Notes: generated from the sequence alone by a model not told the origin. Shown: positions 17,663 to 28,206, counted from the stretch's first letter. The stretch is DNA of 57,598 bases from Terracidiphilus sp. (GCA_050013195.1 JBEKFS010000002.1:1-57598); one strand, 5' to 3'. Translations and numbers: made by a program.

Positions 17663-19570
17663 ATGATGCCTGAGAACAAATATTTGAAAGTACTGTGCAG
17701 GTCAGCCTGTCTCCTTCTGGCAGCCTGCGTACCCGCGGCATTAGCGCAGGCGCCGCCTGCTCTGCCCACGCAGCTTCCTCATCCCACCGAAACCATGGTG
17801 GTTCTTGGTTCGGCGGTTCCCGTGCCTCTGGCCGAGTCCTCCGCTTCGGTTGTTGTGCTGCCCGTCGAAGGCAAGACTCTCACTCTGGAGTCGTCGCAAG
17901 ATATGCTGCGCCAGGATTCGTCGGTCTATCTGGAAGAGCGTGGCGCGGGCGGCGGACAAGCCGACTTGATTTTGCGCGGAGGCTCTTTCGAGCAGGCCCT
18001 CGTGCTACTCAATGGTTTTCGCATCGACGACAGCCAGACCGCGCATCACAATCTCGACCTGCCCGTTCCCCTCGACGCAATGGATTCGATTCAGGTGCTG
18101 CACGGCGCCGGCTCCACATTACATGGCGAGGACGCATTGAGCGGCGTCGTCGATTTTCTCACCGCCGCGCCATCTGCAAACTCGTTACATCTTCGCTCGG
18201 GATTCGGCAGCTTCGGCGAGAACGAAGAGTCGCTTTTTGCCGCCCTGGCGCGCAAGCGTTGGAGCAGCCGGCTGACAGCAAACCGTAACTTCTCTACCGG
18301 CTTCATGCCTGATCGCGATTACAGCAACGAAGATGCTTCCTCCGAAAGCTGGATTAGTTCCCGCCTCGGCATCTCCGACCTGCTCTTTGCCGCAAGCGAC
18401 CGCTCCTTCGGCGCAAACCAGTTTTATGGTCCTTATAACTCATGGGAGCGAACCAAAGGTTGGTTTGCCTCTGGTCGCCAGGAGTTAGGCAGCCGCACGG
18501 TGGCCGCCTTCGGTTATCGCCGCCACACCGATGAGTTTGTCTTGCTTCGAGACGACCCGTTCGTCTACGAAAACAACCACATCGATGGATCATGGCAGGC
18601 TTCTCTGCGCCACACTCTTCCCGTCGCTAACTCATCCGTGCTCTTGTTCGGGCTGGAGTCGGACGGCGACAGCATCCACAGTAACAACCTCGGCATCCAT
18701 GCACGCAATCGTGGCGCGGGCTATGCGGACCTCGACCTGAGGCCCGCTAAAAGCCGCTGGAACTTATCCGCCGGCCTGCGCGAAGAGTTATTCTCCGGCG
18801 GATTGCAATCCGTATTTTCGCCGCACTTGGCTGGAAGTTATCGACTAACCGATAAGTTGAAGCTGCGCGCAAGTGGAGGCTATGGATTCCGGCTTGCAAC
18901 TTATACTGACCTCTATTACTCCGATCCAGTCACTCATGGAAATTCACACCTGAAGCCAGAGTCAGCCTGGTCCGGCGAGACAGGCGCTGATTGGACGGCA
19001 TCTAGCAAGCTGACGCTCACGGCCACGGGTTTTTATAGCCGCCAGCATGACACCATCGACTATGTGCGCTATACGAGTAATTCACCTCCTTCCAACCCTG
19101 ATCTGCCCGCAGGCTGCCCGGTGAATACTTGGTGCGCAACGAACCTTAGCGGATTGCGATTCGCGGGCGTTGAGACAGCGGCGCAGTGGTTGCCGATGAA
19201 GGGACAAACAGTTCAAATTGCGTGGACGCAACTCTTCGGCGCGCAGCCTTCGCTGAACGGCCTGGAATCGGAGTACGCGCTGAATTATCCGGTTGTGAAT
19301 CTTCATGCGGTTTGGACGGCCACACTGAAGCATTCACTTACTGTTACTAACTCGGTGGCTGTCGCAAAGCCCTATCAGCAACCGAGCATTCCGGCATGGA
19401 ACGCTTCTCCTTATCCGGTGTGGAATGCGACGCTGGCGCGCGATGCGGGGAAGCTGCGTCCCTATCTCCGCCTCGCAAATTTGAGTAACACCGGCTACCA
19501 GGAGATTAACGGCGTCAACATGCCAGGCCGTTCCATCACCGGCGGCATTTCGCTATGGCTGGGACGTTGA
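17663..19570 (+). CDS. TonB-dependent receptor of BtuB-like size
   Basis: Signal peptide; plug motifs ILRG..FEQ.LVLLNG and IQVLHGAGSTLHG..ALSGVV; LKPE; C-terminal PGRSITGGISLW. Confidence 0.88.
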   Translation: MMPENKYLKVLCRSACLLLAACVPAALAQAPPALPTQLPHPTETMVVLGSAVPVPLAESSASVVVLPVEGKTLTLESSQDMLRQDSSVYLEERGAGGGQADLILRGGSFEQALVLLNGFRIDDSQTAHHNLDLPVPLDAMDSIQVLHGAGSTLHGEDALSGVVDFLTAAPSANSLHLRSGFGSFGENEESLFAALARKRWSSRLTANRNFSTGFMPDRDYSNEDASSESWISSRLGISDLLFAASDRSFGANQFYGPYNSWERTKGWFASGRQELGSRTVAAFGYRRHTDEFVLLRDDPFVYENNHIDGSWQASLRHTLPVANSSVLLFGLESDGDSIHSNNLGIHARNRGAGYADLDLRPAKSRWNLSAGLREELFSGGLQSVFSPHLAGSYRLTDKLKLRASGGYGFRLATYTDLYYSDPVTHGNSHLKPESAWSGETGADWTASSKLTLTATGFYSRQHDTIDYVRYTSNSPPSNPDLPAGCPVNTWCATNLSGLRFAGVETAAQWLPMKGQTVQIAWTQLFGAQPSLNGLESEYALNYPVVNLHAVWTATLKHSLTVTNSVAVAKPYQQPSIPAWNASPYPVWNATLARDAGKLRPYLRLANLSNTGYQEINGVNMPGRSITGGISLWLGR

Positions 19571-19798
19571 TTTATTGCAATAACTCAATGCAATAAACGC
19601 AAATTTCTGCTAGCCTGTTCTCGTACCTCGCGAGTCCGCGCGATTGATCAATTAAGCGGGCTCTACCTGCACTCTCCAGCTCTTGAGGGAATGTGGATGG
19701 GGGCGCTTCGAGAGCGCACCGGGAAAGGTGTGCCTGCGCCTTGCATCTGCGCCCCCTTTCCCTCGACTCCACGCATTACAACACAAAGGAGAACAGCG

Positions 19799-20164
19799 AT
19801 GAGCAATCCAGTACTGCACCACAAGATCACCTACATCGAATTCACCACCACCGACATTGAGCGGACCAAGAAATTTTACTCAACTGTCTTCGGCTGGAGC
19901 TTCAAGGATTGGGGCCCTGATTACATTGACGCTAACGCGGAAAGCGTTGGAATTGCAATCGGCTTCGCAAAAGGCGCGTCAAAACAGGAACAGCCTAAAT
20001 TCGCGCCGTTCGTGGTGCTCTACTCCAAGGACCTGAAGGCTACCGAAGCGGCTATCGTCGCGGCGGGCGGAAGCGTTGTGGTACCCACCTTTGAATTTCC
20101 TGGTGGGCGGCGCTTCCACTTCTCCGATGGCTTGGGCAACCTGCTCGGCGTCTGGTCGGAGTAG
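19799..20164 (+). CDS. VOC/glyoxalase family protein
   Basis: ITYIEF...KKFYSTVFGWSF...FEFPGGRRFHFSD..GN; AAGGAG SD before ATG 19799. Confidence 0.9.
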   Translation: MSNPVLHHKITYIEFTTTDIERTKKFYSTVFGWSFKDWGPDYIDANAESVGIAIGFAKGASKQEQPKFAPFVVLYSKDLKATEAAIVAAGGSVVVPTFEFPGGRRFHFSDGLGNLLGVWSE

Positions 20165-20172
20165 GCGTTTGC

Positions 20173-21168
20173 TCAGTTGCGATTCTTGATTTCCAACTCG
20201 GCCAGGCGCTGGGCAAGCAGCGTTTCCAGCTTGACCAGCGCCGCCGAGAAGCCTTCAATGCCTTCTTTCAGCTTGTCGGTGGCCATGCGGTCGGCTGCGT
20301 GCATCGCGTCAAACGTTGCCTTGTCCATGGCAATCTTTTCAATGCGCATTGCCTTGGCCACAGCGGGCGAGAGCTTACGCGGCAGTTCGCCCACGGTAGC
20401 TTCCAACTCAGTTAGCAGCTGCGGCGAGATGGTCAGCAGGTCGCATCCGGCTAACTCTGTTATCTCGCCGATGTTACGAAAACTAGCGCCCATCACTTGA
20501 GTTTTATAACCGAACTTTTTGTAATAGTTATAGACCGTGGTTACTGACTTCACGCCGGGATCATCCGCGCCGTGAAAATCCTTGCCGGTATCATTCTTGT
20601 ACCAATCGAGGATGCGGCCCACAAAAGGCGAGACGAGCGTAACGCCGGCCTCGGCCGCCGCAATGGCCTGGTGCAGACCGAACAACAAGGTCAGGTTGCA
20701 GTGAATTCCCTCGCGTTCCAGAACTTCGGCCGCGCGGATGCCCTCCCAGGTGGAAGCAATCTTGACCAGCACGCGCTTGCGCCCAATGCCCTCCGCGTCG
20801 TACTGCTTGATGATGCTGCGCGCCTGCGCGATGGTGGCCGCCGTGTCATAGGAGAGGCGCGCGTCCACTTCAGTTGATACGCGTCCTGGAACAATCGCCA
20901 GAATCTTTTTGCCGAAGGCGATGGCCAGCCGCTGAAATCCAAGGTTGGCGACAGCCGCTCCGGTCGCGCTGCTCCCAAGTTCCTTGCGCGCTTCCAGCAA
21001 TACTCCGTCTACGATGGGCTGATACTGCGGCAACTGGGCCGCAGCGGTAATCAGCGATGGATTGGTGGTTGCATCCTGCGGACGAAATTTTTCCATCGCC
21101 TCAATGTCGCCTGTGTCTGCGACAACAACCGTATAGCTGCGCAATTGCTCTAGTAAATTCTGCGGCAT
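20173..21168 (-). CDS. tal: Transaldolase
   Basis: [41 protein letters not shown] and SPFVGRI motifs; GGAGG SD. Confidence 0.97.
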   Translation of the reverse strand: MPQNLLEQLRSYTVVVADTGDIEAMEKFRPQDATTNPSLITAAAQLPQYQPIVDGVLLEARKELGSSATGAAVANLGFQRLAIAFGKKILAIVPGRVSTEVDARLSYDTAATIAQARSIIKQYDAEGIGRKRVLVKIASTWEGIRAAEVLEREGIHCNLTLLFGLHQAIAAAEAGVTLVSPFVGRILDWYKNDTGKDFHGADDPGVKSVTTVYNYYKKFGYKTQVMGASFRNIGEITELAGCDLLTISPQLLTELEATVGELPRKLSPAVAKAMRIEKIAMDKATFDAMHAADRMATDKLKEGIEGFSAALVKLETLLAQRLAELEIKNRN

Positions 21169-21393
21169 GATTCCTCCTGGGGGAATAGGGAGTTCCTGGC
21201 TGCAAGAGCCTTCGCATCTATTGTAACGCTCGCGGAATTTTCCGTCTTCTGGAGATAACAAAGTTTGGGAATATTGATTCGCAGGTTGGGAAACCAGTGA
21301 TATATTGCTCTGTGGCAGGAAATACTGATTGAACTCCTGCTTCAATCCACTTGCCCGGGAATACCCACATCCGTTCGCCGCGAAGGAGAAGCC

Positions 21394-22422
21394 ATGAAGC
21401 GTCCGTTTGGAGTGATTTTTTCCGCAATTCTACTCATCCTGGGGTCGCTGTTTCAGTTGCTGATGGCCCTCGGCATGGCGTTAAGTGGAATCATCTTACA
21501 GAAACAGATCCGTTCCGGCGGATTTCCGGGCTCGACCACTGCTCCGCCGTTGCCTGGCTGGATGCCCGCTTTCATGTACGCGATCGGCGTCTTCTTCGTT
21601 GCTCTGGCGGTCTGGGGAATACTGACCTCAGTGGGTCTGATCCGGCTGCGCCGCTGGGCGCGCTACTCCATCCTGGTGATTGGCGGCTTACTCGCCTTTT
21701 TTGGTTTTATTCAGCTTTTGGTCACGCTGCTCATGATGCTGGTTCCGTTGCCTACTTCGGCTGGCGTGGATGCATCTCAGGCCCAATCTGTGCATGCCAT
21801 GACCAGAATTACCTTTGGAGTCGTCGCATTATTTCATGGCATTGTCTGCGCCATGGGCGTTTTCTGGCTGGTTTACTTTAATCGGAAAAAGGTACGCGAT
21901 GCATTTGCCAGCGCGACAGGCACGTTTGTGGAAAGCCGCCGCCCAGTCCTGATCTCAGTGATCGCCGTGCTGAACTTGATTGGGGCTGTCTCTTGCCTGC
22001 TGATGGTTTTCATTCCCTTGCCGGCGGCACTTTTCGGGTGGATAGTTGATGGCTGGGGAAAAGTGGCGATCTATCTCGTCTTTTCCGCAGTGACAGCGTC
22101 GGTGGGCGTCGGCCTGTGGCAATTGAAGGAGTGGGGCCGGCTGCTTGCCATCACCATGCAAGCATTTGGTGTGGTTTTATGCGGTGCATATCTCGTGCGA
22201 CCCTCGCTCATGCTGCGCTACAGCGCGGAGGTTCAACAGAGAATGAACATTATGCAACCGCAATCGCAGTTGCCGGAGCGGTTTCAGACGACGGTGTACA
22301 GTGCGTCGTTCTGCTTCGCGATTTTGCTTTACATCGCGATTGCCGCGATCCTGATTTATTACCGCAAGGCTTTTCAACCTCCAGCCGAGATATCGCAGAA
22401 CGAGTCCGTGTCGCCGCAGTAG
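21394..22422 (+). CDS. Polytopic membrane protein with an internal duplication
   Basis: About 8 TM helices; KRPFGV...[10 protein letters not shown] is echoed by RRPVLI...[10 protein letters not shown]; GGAG SD. Confidence 0.8.
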   Translation: MKRPFGVIFSAILLILGSLFQLLMALGMALSGIILQKQIRSGGFPGSTTAPPLPGWMPAFMYAIGVFFVALAVWGILTSVGLIRLRRWARYSILVIGGLLAFFGFIQLLVTLLMMLVPLPTSAGVDASQAQSVHAMTRITFGVVALFHGIVCAMGVFWLVYFNRKKVRDAFASATGTFVESRRPVLISVIAVLNLIGAVSCLLMVFIPLPAALFGWIVDGWGKVAIYLVFSAVTASVGVGLWQLKEWGRLLAITMQAFGVVLCGAYLVRPSLMLRYSAEVQQRMNIMQPQSQLPERFQTTVYSASFCFAILLYIAIAAILIYYRKAFQPPAEISQNESVSPQ

Positions 22423-22441
22423 CATGTGGCAGTCGATGCCC

Positions 22442-23263
22442 TCAGCCTCGTGGTTCTTCCGGCTGGAAGGTGTTGGTCAGCACGCCGAGGCCGAGGATAT
22501 TGATCTCCACAGAATCTCCAGCCTTGAGCGGACCCACCCCGGAGGGGGTTCCGGTCAGCACCAGATCGCCTGCCTCCAGCGTCATCGCGGCCGTAATGTA
22601 GGCCAGCAGTTTGGAAATCGAAAAGATGAAGTCCAGGGTCGAGCCGTGCTGGCGCAGCTCGCCGTTGACGCGCGTCTCCAGCGTCAGGCCTGCTTCGGGG
22701 TCCAGTTCGTCGCTCACCACCGGGCCGATGGGGCAAAACGTGTCGAAGCCCTTTGCGCGGGTCCACTGGCCGTCCTTGTTTTGCAGATCGCGTGCAGTCA
22801 CGTCGTTGGCCAGCGTGTAGCCGCGCACTGCGGAGCGCCATTCTTCTTCTTTTAGATTGCGTGAGCGGCGGCCCATCACCACCGCCAGCTCGCCTTCATA
22901 ATCCACGCGAGCTGAAACGGCGGGCATGCGCACCACGCCTCCGGGCCTATTCAGCGCCGACACCGGCTTGAAAAACAGCAGCGGCTCGGCAGGCAGTTCG
23001 CTGCCCATCTCTTTCACGTGGTCGCGATAGTTGCGCCCCACGCAAACAATCTTCGAGGGCGTCACCGGCGCCAGCAGCTCGGCGGCGCTCAGAGGCATCG
23101 GCTCAAAGTTGAAACTCCATGCAGTTTCCCGCCCATTTTCCAGACGGAAGGCGCGGTCCTCTTCGGGAGCCGCGATCAGGCGCACGATCCACGGCTCGCC
23201 CTCGCGATCTTCCGCCGCACCGTAGTGGGTTTGATTCTCGAAGAGAAAGCGGCAATATCTCAT
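22442..23263 (-). CDS. Fumarylacetoacetate hydrolase family protein
   Basis: KIVCVGRNY, DYEGEL, NDVTARD, KGFDTFCPIGP and LTGTP motifs. Confidence 0.95.
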   Translation of the reverse strand: MRYCRFLFENQTHYGAAEDREGEPWIVRLIAAPEEDRAFRLENGRETAWSFNFEPMPLSAAELLAPVTPSKIVCVGRNYRDHVKEMGSELPAEPLLFFKPVSALNRPGGVVRMPAVSARVDYEGELAVVMGRRSRNLKEEEWRSAVRGYTLANDVTARDLQNKDGQWTRAKGFDTFCPIGPVVSDELDPEAGLTLETRVNGELRQHGSTLDFIFSISKLLAYITAAMTLEAGDLVLTGTPSGVGPLKAGDSVEINILGLGVLTNTFQPEEPRG

Positions 23264-23292
23264 GGGAAATCCTCCAGGCTCGGCAAAGACCG

Positions 23293-24471
23293 TCAGGGGT
23301 TGGGTACCGACTCATCGGTTTCGGCCGAGCGGGCGCTTTCGTTTCCGCCCTGGCTAATGGAGCTGACGGCATAGCGGTAGCTGTGGCCCGGCTGGACCTG
23401 AGCATCGTGGAAGGCGGGGGGGACCAGCGGCACGGCGGGCGAGATGCGCTGCCACCCGCCGTCGCCCTCCCGACGATAGACGGCGTATCCGGCTAAGTCA
23501 GCGTCCGTGACTGGCTGCCAGCTCAAGTCGATTGCATTCCCCGCGCCGTTTTCTCCCGTAGTGGCCACTGCGGCAAGGCCGGTGGGCACCGCAGGCGGAA
23601 AGATGTCCCGTGCCTCGACACGCACCGGAGCGGAAAGCTCGCCCACCAACTCCAGCGTTTTGCCTTCCACCGTAATCCGAGCCACGCGCTGGGCGCGGTA
23701 TTCATAGACCTGGCCGAAGCGGATACTGCTATCCAGGGTGTAGCACCCTCCCTTCCACGCTTCCGGCGAGCAGGAGTTCACCAGCAGGTTCTGCTCCACT
23801 GGCTCAGGCGCGGGCGTCAGCAGCCCCTGTTGTGTCTTGGCCGACGGTGGGTTCAGCAGTTTGCGGTGCAGCCGTATTGCAGACGATTCCTGCGCGGAGG
23901 TCTGCAAAGGCGACCAGCGCAAAACCACGCCTGTCTTGCGCACCTCGGCGCTGAGGTTGGCCACCGGTGCGGGCGCTTCGCCGGCCAGCACCATGGCGGC
24001 ATTCGACAGCCCGGCCGAGCGGCCGTTGTGGTTCCTCAGTTCAACAAAATAGCTGAGCGGGCGCGGCGCTCCGGCAGCCAACTCAGCAGGCAGCGTCTCG
24101 GTAAATGAACCCACCGCACCCGGAGCGACCGGCAATTCGCCGCCAGCCGCGGCGCAGTTGCCGGCTATCGCTGTGCAGGCGCCACCAGTCGCGCCGCAGG
24201 TGTAGCGGCAGACGTACACCGGCACGCTGCCCTTCAGCAGCAGCTTATCCGTGCTCTTTTTGGGCATGGTCCAGGTAAGCGTCACCTGGTTGCCCGTACG
24301 GCTGGCGGCCAGGTCTGCCACCGGGACCGGCAGCTTCAGCGAGGGCGGTTGCGGCGCGGCCGGCGTTCCGCAACCGGCCAGAACCAGCGCGGCGGCCAGG
24401 CCCACGGCAGCCAGCCCGGCTGCATACGTTGCCGGCAATGCGGCGCTTTGCATTCTGTCTATCTTACTCAT
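23293..24471 (-). CDS. Fibronectin type III-domain lipoprotein
   Basis: Lipobox LAGC; VTLTW, VVLRW, IDLSW..V.D.DLAGY.VYR and YRYAVS...GNES FN3 repeats. Confidence 0.85.
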   Translation of the reverse strand: MSKIDRMQSAALPATYAAGLAAVGLAAALVLAGCGTPAAPQPPSLKLPVPVADLAASRTGNQVTLTWTMPKKSTDKLLLKGSVPVYVCRYTCGATGGACTAIAGNCAAAGGELPVAPGAVGSFTETLPAELAAGAPRPLSYFVELRNHNGRSAGLSNAAMVLAGEAPAPVANLSAEVRKTGVVLRWSPLQTSAQESSAIRLHRKLLNPPSAKTQQGLLTPAPEPVEQNLLVNSCSPEAWKGGCYTLDSSIRFGQVYEYRAQRVARITVEGKTLELVGELSAPVRVEARDIFPPAVPTGLAAVATTGENGAGNAIDLSWQPVTDADLAGYAVYRREGDGGWQRISPAVPLVPPAFHDAQVQPGHSYRYAVSSISQGGNESARSAETDESVPNP

Positions 24472-24680
24472 CGCCCTCCCAGTCTACCGGAGCAGCGCGG
24501 GCTGGGGACATGGTAGAGCGCAAAATGAGTGGTCTGGAACTCACTGGTTGGGCCCGAATAGCGAGCGATTGGTTCGCGGTTTATCCCCGTATGTAATGCC
24601 CATGACCGCCGGTTTCATAAATTGGAAACTCTAGCAAGCTCAGTTATTCGGGCATCAAAATCAGGACCAATGAGGCCGGC

Positions 24681-26342
24681 TCAATACTTCACCAAAATCC
24701 CCAGTTGAACTGCATTGATCCGGGAGAACTTTGTAGGGGCAAATCCATCCTTGTATGTCGCGCTCAGGGAGAAATGACCAACGGGGTCAAAACTCCATGC
24801 GGATGTCAGGGCGCCGTAACCATGCCATCCATGCACAGTTTTAAGAAGCAGCGAGTTGTTTGGAAGCTGAACTACCGTGTTCTCGGTTGCAACAAGATAT
24901 CTCGCTGTCCCGACGGCATCGAAACTCAAGCGGCCCAGTTCCAGAAGGCCGTGCGCCTGGGGAACAACTCGGAAGATCGAATATGCGGGCAATTCGATGG
25001 TTGCCATGCCTGTGGTTGCTTTGACAGTTGTGTCAACAAGGGCGCTGCCAAATTCAACGCCGGTATGAATATCGAGCGCATAGCCCAGGAAAGGCGCTGC
25101 TACGTCGCCTTGCTGGAGGGTGATTCCGTGCGTTTTGGCGATCTTTTGCTGGTCTCGGAATTTTCTAAGTGTTTCTACTGATCTGGGACTATAGAGGCCC
25201 TTGAAGTTGTAGCGTAGGTCCGCTACTCCTGTAACATTTTCACGGTCGAATTCCTTGTCGGTATCGAAGAGTAGACTCCCAGAGGCGTAGATTTCCTGCA
25301 GTGCACCGGCCAGCCCAAAGGGACGCGCCTCCGTCAGTCCAAAATCGATGGAGTCGGTATTGGTCGTGCCGGAGACTGAGTTATTTCCTACATTCGCCGT
25401 AGCTGTGGGTGCGAATTGCCATCCGTCATATAAGCGGCCAATCGGAGGAGCGACTTTTCCGTCCAATATCCACCCTGGTTTCGATCCGCGCCCCGCGGCG
25501 TAGCTTCCATTCACATAGTAGCTGGATGCATCTTTCGTTGCCGGAGCCTGAATCTTTCCGAGCCGAGATTTGGCGTCGAAGGTCATCGGCGCCTTCAAGA
25601 CGTTCTCCAGTTCGGCGATCGCGTATGGGATGCCTTGCGTAGTTACGTCCGTGTCCTTGGGTACAAGCTCCATAAATCCAACCGTTCCAGGGTCTGGAAG
25701 ACCCGGACGGCCGCCTAACATCTCTGCTTGCATCTGTCGGCACTTCGCAGGCCTGGTTGTGTAGGTCCCTCTGTAATCCTGCAAGACAAGTCCGCAATCC
25801 ATCGTGTGTCCCGTTCCCAGGCCGAGGCTCTGGAACGCGAGATGGGAGCTTACCTGATAGTTTTTGGATCCTCCACTGAGCGGCGCAATCAAAGTGAGGG
25901 ATCCTGAAGTATCGATCAGCGTCGATGTGGGAAGACTTAAGGCAGCGCCGCCCCCAGTGGAGGAAAGTGTGATTGTGATGGTGTATTTTGTCTGCCCCTT
26001 GAGAATGGGCGCATCGGGCCCGGAATTTGGGGTGAATAGCAGGAAGAGCCAATTGTCGACATAATAGTTTGCCGTGAACGTCACCGGAAGCGGAGAGGAG
26101 AGGTCAGTGCCGAGGTAAACCAATCCTCCTTTTCCAGTAATGCCTTCTGTGGTTTTCACGTCGCCGCACTGGATTGCGATCGAATTAGGGTTGAGAATTT
26201 TGTAGTCGGAAACGGTGCATAGTGTTTTTGGCGTTGCGCCGAAACAAACCGTCGCGGCGGCGAGCAGTAAGGAGAGAGCGATAGGCATGCTCGGCCGAGC
26301 ACAGGGGAAAAAGAAGCAGGCTTTCTTCATGGTTGAGGGCAC
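24681..26342 (-). CDS. Secreted hypothetical protein, possibly an outer-membrane beta-barrel with an N-terminal passenger domain
   Basis: Signal-like N-terminus; Thr/Gly-rich; paired Cys; amphipathic strands; C-terminal AVQLGILVKY. Confidence 0.7.
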   Translation of the reverse strand: MPSTMKKACFFFPCARPSMPIALSLLLAAATVCFGATPKTLCTVSDYKILNPNSIAIQCGDVKTTEGITGKGGLVYLGTDLSSPLPVTFTANYYVDNWLFLLFTPNSGPDAPILKGQTKYTITITLSSTGGGAALSLPTSTLIDTSGSLTLIAPLSGGSKNYQVSSHLAFQSLGLGTGHTMDCGLVLQDYRGTYTTRPAKCRQMQAEMLGGRPGLPDPGTVGFMELVPKDTDVTTQGIPYAIAELENVLKAPMTFDAKSRLGKIQAPATKDASSYYVNGSYAAGRGSKPGWILDGKVAPPIGRLYDGWQFAPTATANVGNNSVSGTTNTDSIDFGLTEARPFGLAGALQEIYASGSLLFDTDKEFDRENVTGVADLRYNFKGLYSPRSVETLRKFRDQQKIAKTHGITLQQGDVAAPFLGYALDIHTGVEFGSALVDTTVKATTGMATIELPAYSIFRVVPQAHGLLELGRLSFDAVGTARYLVATENTVVQLPNNSLLLKTVHGWHGYGALTSAWSFDPVGHFSLSATYKDGFAPTKFSRINAVQLGILVKY

Positions 26343-26611
26343 CCCGGAACAGCCGTTTCAAGGTCGGCGACAGTCTTAATACTCTGGGTGAGGTCGGTAA
26401 CGGTGATGCATTGACAAATGACTGGGGGGGCGGCAAACTCCGTCTTAATCGCCTGAGCCAGACGTTGAGCTCCGTCCGGATTATATGGGACGCTCTGGGG
26501 CGCCCATAGAACTGCGAGTACGTCAGAGTCGTCGGGGAGGTCGGGGAGGTTGGCCCATTTTTGCACGAGCAATAATACGCGTCCACGAACAGTCATGGCA
26601 GTTAGTGTCAT
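26327..26611 (-). CDS. Small hypothetical protein with an ACP-like C-terminal motif
   Basis: GAAGGAG SD before ATG 26611; 94 aa containing IKTVADL near the end; overlaps the downstream gene. Confidence 0.55.
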   Translation of the reverse strand: MTLTAMTVRGRVLLLVQKWANLPDLPDDSDVLAVLWAPQSVPYNPDGAQRLAQAIKTEFAAPPVICQCITVTDLTQSIKTVADLETAVPGCPQP

Positions 26612-27106
26612 TGGATTTCTCCTTCTTCTGCTTTGATTTACTTTCGCCATCACTAGACACTGCCAACCGCGTTCAACGATTGTATGTAGTTTCTTGAAAA
26701 ATGTTGTCGTGTTTTGGGAAGTGGCGAACATGAATGACATTCAGGACTGCAATTAGGACAAGAAGAACCTATTAAGTTAAAACTATCTTTCATAAATCCT
26801 CAGAGCATGTCAAGAGTGTTGATCAAATATCTTTAGCACGGGAGGAATCTTCCCATTCAGCCAGCAAGATAACCATATAGGTTTACCACTTTATCTATGG
26901 GATCATGCGACGATATTCAGGAATTTACTCCAACCTTCTCGATGGTCACGTGTAGCGTCCTGTTCGTGGTCTTTTCGGACGAATCAGAAGTGTAGCAAGT
27001 TTTTGCCGTAGCGAGAGCAGAAGAAGCGGATCCGGCCATGGATGCGACTCCGGATGAGGCAAACAGGCAGCGTGTTAGAAGCGTGAAAGCGTAAAATCCA
27101 TCTTGA

Positions 27107-27481
27107 ATGCATGAACTTTCCATCGTGACCAGCATTGTGGAGACGGTGACCGAGACGCTGGCGGCCTTGCCGGATTCGTCCAGGGGCGCGCGGGTGCTGG
27201 AAGTAAGACTACGCGTGGGAGCGCTGGCCTCGGTGATTCCCGAGTCGCTGGAGTTTTGCTGGGGCATTGCCATCGAGGGAACGCCGATGGAAGGCTCACG
27301 GCTGGTGGTCAACATGCTGCCCGTGGTGGTGCACTGCGATTCATGCGGCCAGGATGCTGAACTGGAGGGCGTGCAGAGCTTCCGCTGCCCGCGTTGCGGC
27401 GAGCCGTGCAGCGATATGCGGCAAGGGCGGGAGTTGGAAATTGATTCGATTGAGATTGAAGACGGCGAGGAAAAACCATGA
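27107..27481 (+). CDS. hypA: Hydrogenase nickel metallochaperone HypA
   Basis: MHELSI, CDSC, CPRCG and GRELEI motifs. Confidence 0.96.
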   Translation: MHELSIVTSIVETVTETLAALPDSSRGARVLEVRLRVGALASVIPESLEFCWGIAIEGTPMEGSRLVVNMLPVVVHCDSCGQDAELEGVQSFRCPRCGEPCSDMRQGRELEIDSIEIEDGEEKP

Positions 27482-27503
27482 CATTACCGATTAAGGTGCC
27501 GTT

Positions 27504-28175
27504 ATGACGACACGAATTGTCGAGCTGCGGCAGGGAATTCTAAAGAAAAACGATGAGCTGGCAGCCGCCCTGCGAGCCAGTTACACAGCCGCTGGCGTGC
27601 TGGTGCTGAACCTTGTCTCCAGCCCCGGCACGGGCAAAACCGCCTTTCTGGAGCGGACGATGAAGGAATTGAAAGCGCGGGGTTTACGGGTAGCTGCGCT
27701 GGTCGGCGATCTGGAGACGGATAACGATGCGCGGCGGCTGGCTGCGAGTGGCGCACCGGTGCGGCAGATCAATACCCATGGCATCTGCCATCTGGACGCA
27801 GAGATGATCGGCAAGCACATCGACGGCTGGCAAGGCGTGGAGTTGGGTGACCTCGATATGCTCTTCATCGAAAATGTCGGCAATTTGGTTTGCCCCTCCA
27901 GCTACGACCTGGGCGAGAAGATTCGCGTGGCCCTGCTCAGCGTCACCGAGGGAGAGGACAAGCCGCTGAAGTACCCCACGCTCTTTAACTCCGCCGATGC
28001 CGCGGTGATCACCAAGATGGACATCGCTGAGCCCTGCGGCTTCGACCGGGAGCTGGCACTCAAGAATATCAACGAGATACGGCCGGGGATACGAATCTTT
28101 GAGACTTCCGCCAAGACCGGTGAGGGGATGGAAGAGTGGCTGGAGTACCTGGCGGAGGAGCGGGGTGTGCTATAG
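27504..28175 (+). CDS. hypB: Hydrogenase nickel-insertion GTPase HypB
   Basis: SSPGTGKT, CHLDA, ENVGNLVCP, EGEDKPLKYP and TKMD motifs. Confidence 0.97.
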   Translation: MTTRIVELRQGILKKNDELAAALRASYTAAGVLVLNLVSSPGTGKTAFLERTMKELKARGLRVAALVGDLETDNDARRLAASGAPVRQINTHGICHLDAEMIGKHIDGWQGVELGDLDMLFIENVGNLVCPSSYDLGEKIRVALLSVTEGEDKPLKYPTLFNSADAAVITKMDIAEPCGFDRELALKNINEIRPGIRIFETSAKTGEGMEEWLEYLAEERGVL

Positions 28176-28191
28176 TGTTTCTTGGTAACAC
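28168..28191 (+). promoter_or_regulatory. TA promoter (extended -10) and operator overlapping the hypB stop
   Basis: TGcTATAGT, then palindrome GTGTT-N7-AACAC (28175-28191). Confidence 0.55.
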
Positions 28192-28206
28192 CTTGGAGTA
28201 CCCGCA

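Noticed and set aside
19685-19764. Cobalamin riboswitch (GGGAA...GGTG...GCCCCC)
   Set aside because: The GCxACTG core and B12 box are missing, and it lies downstream of the receptor gene. None was seen upstream of nrdJ or the receptor either.
24580-24635. Possible esterase remnant (minus frame FPIYETGGHG)
   Set aside because: Too short to distinguish from chance without a search.
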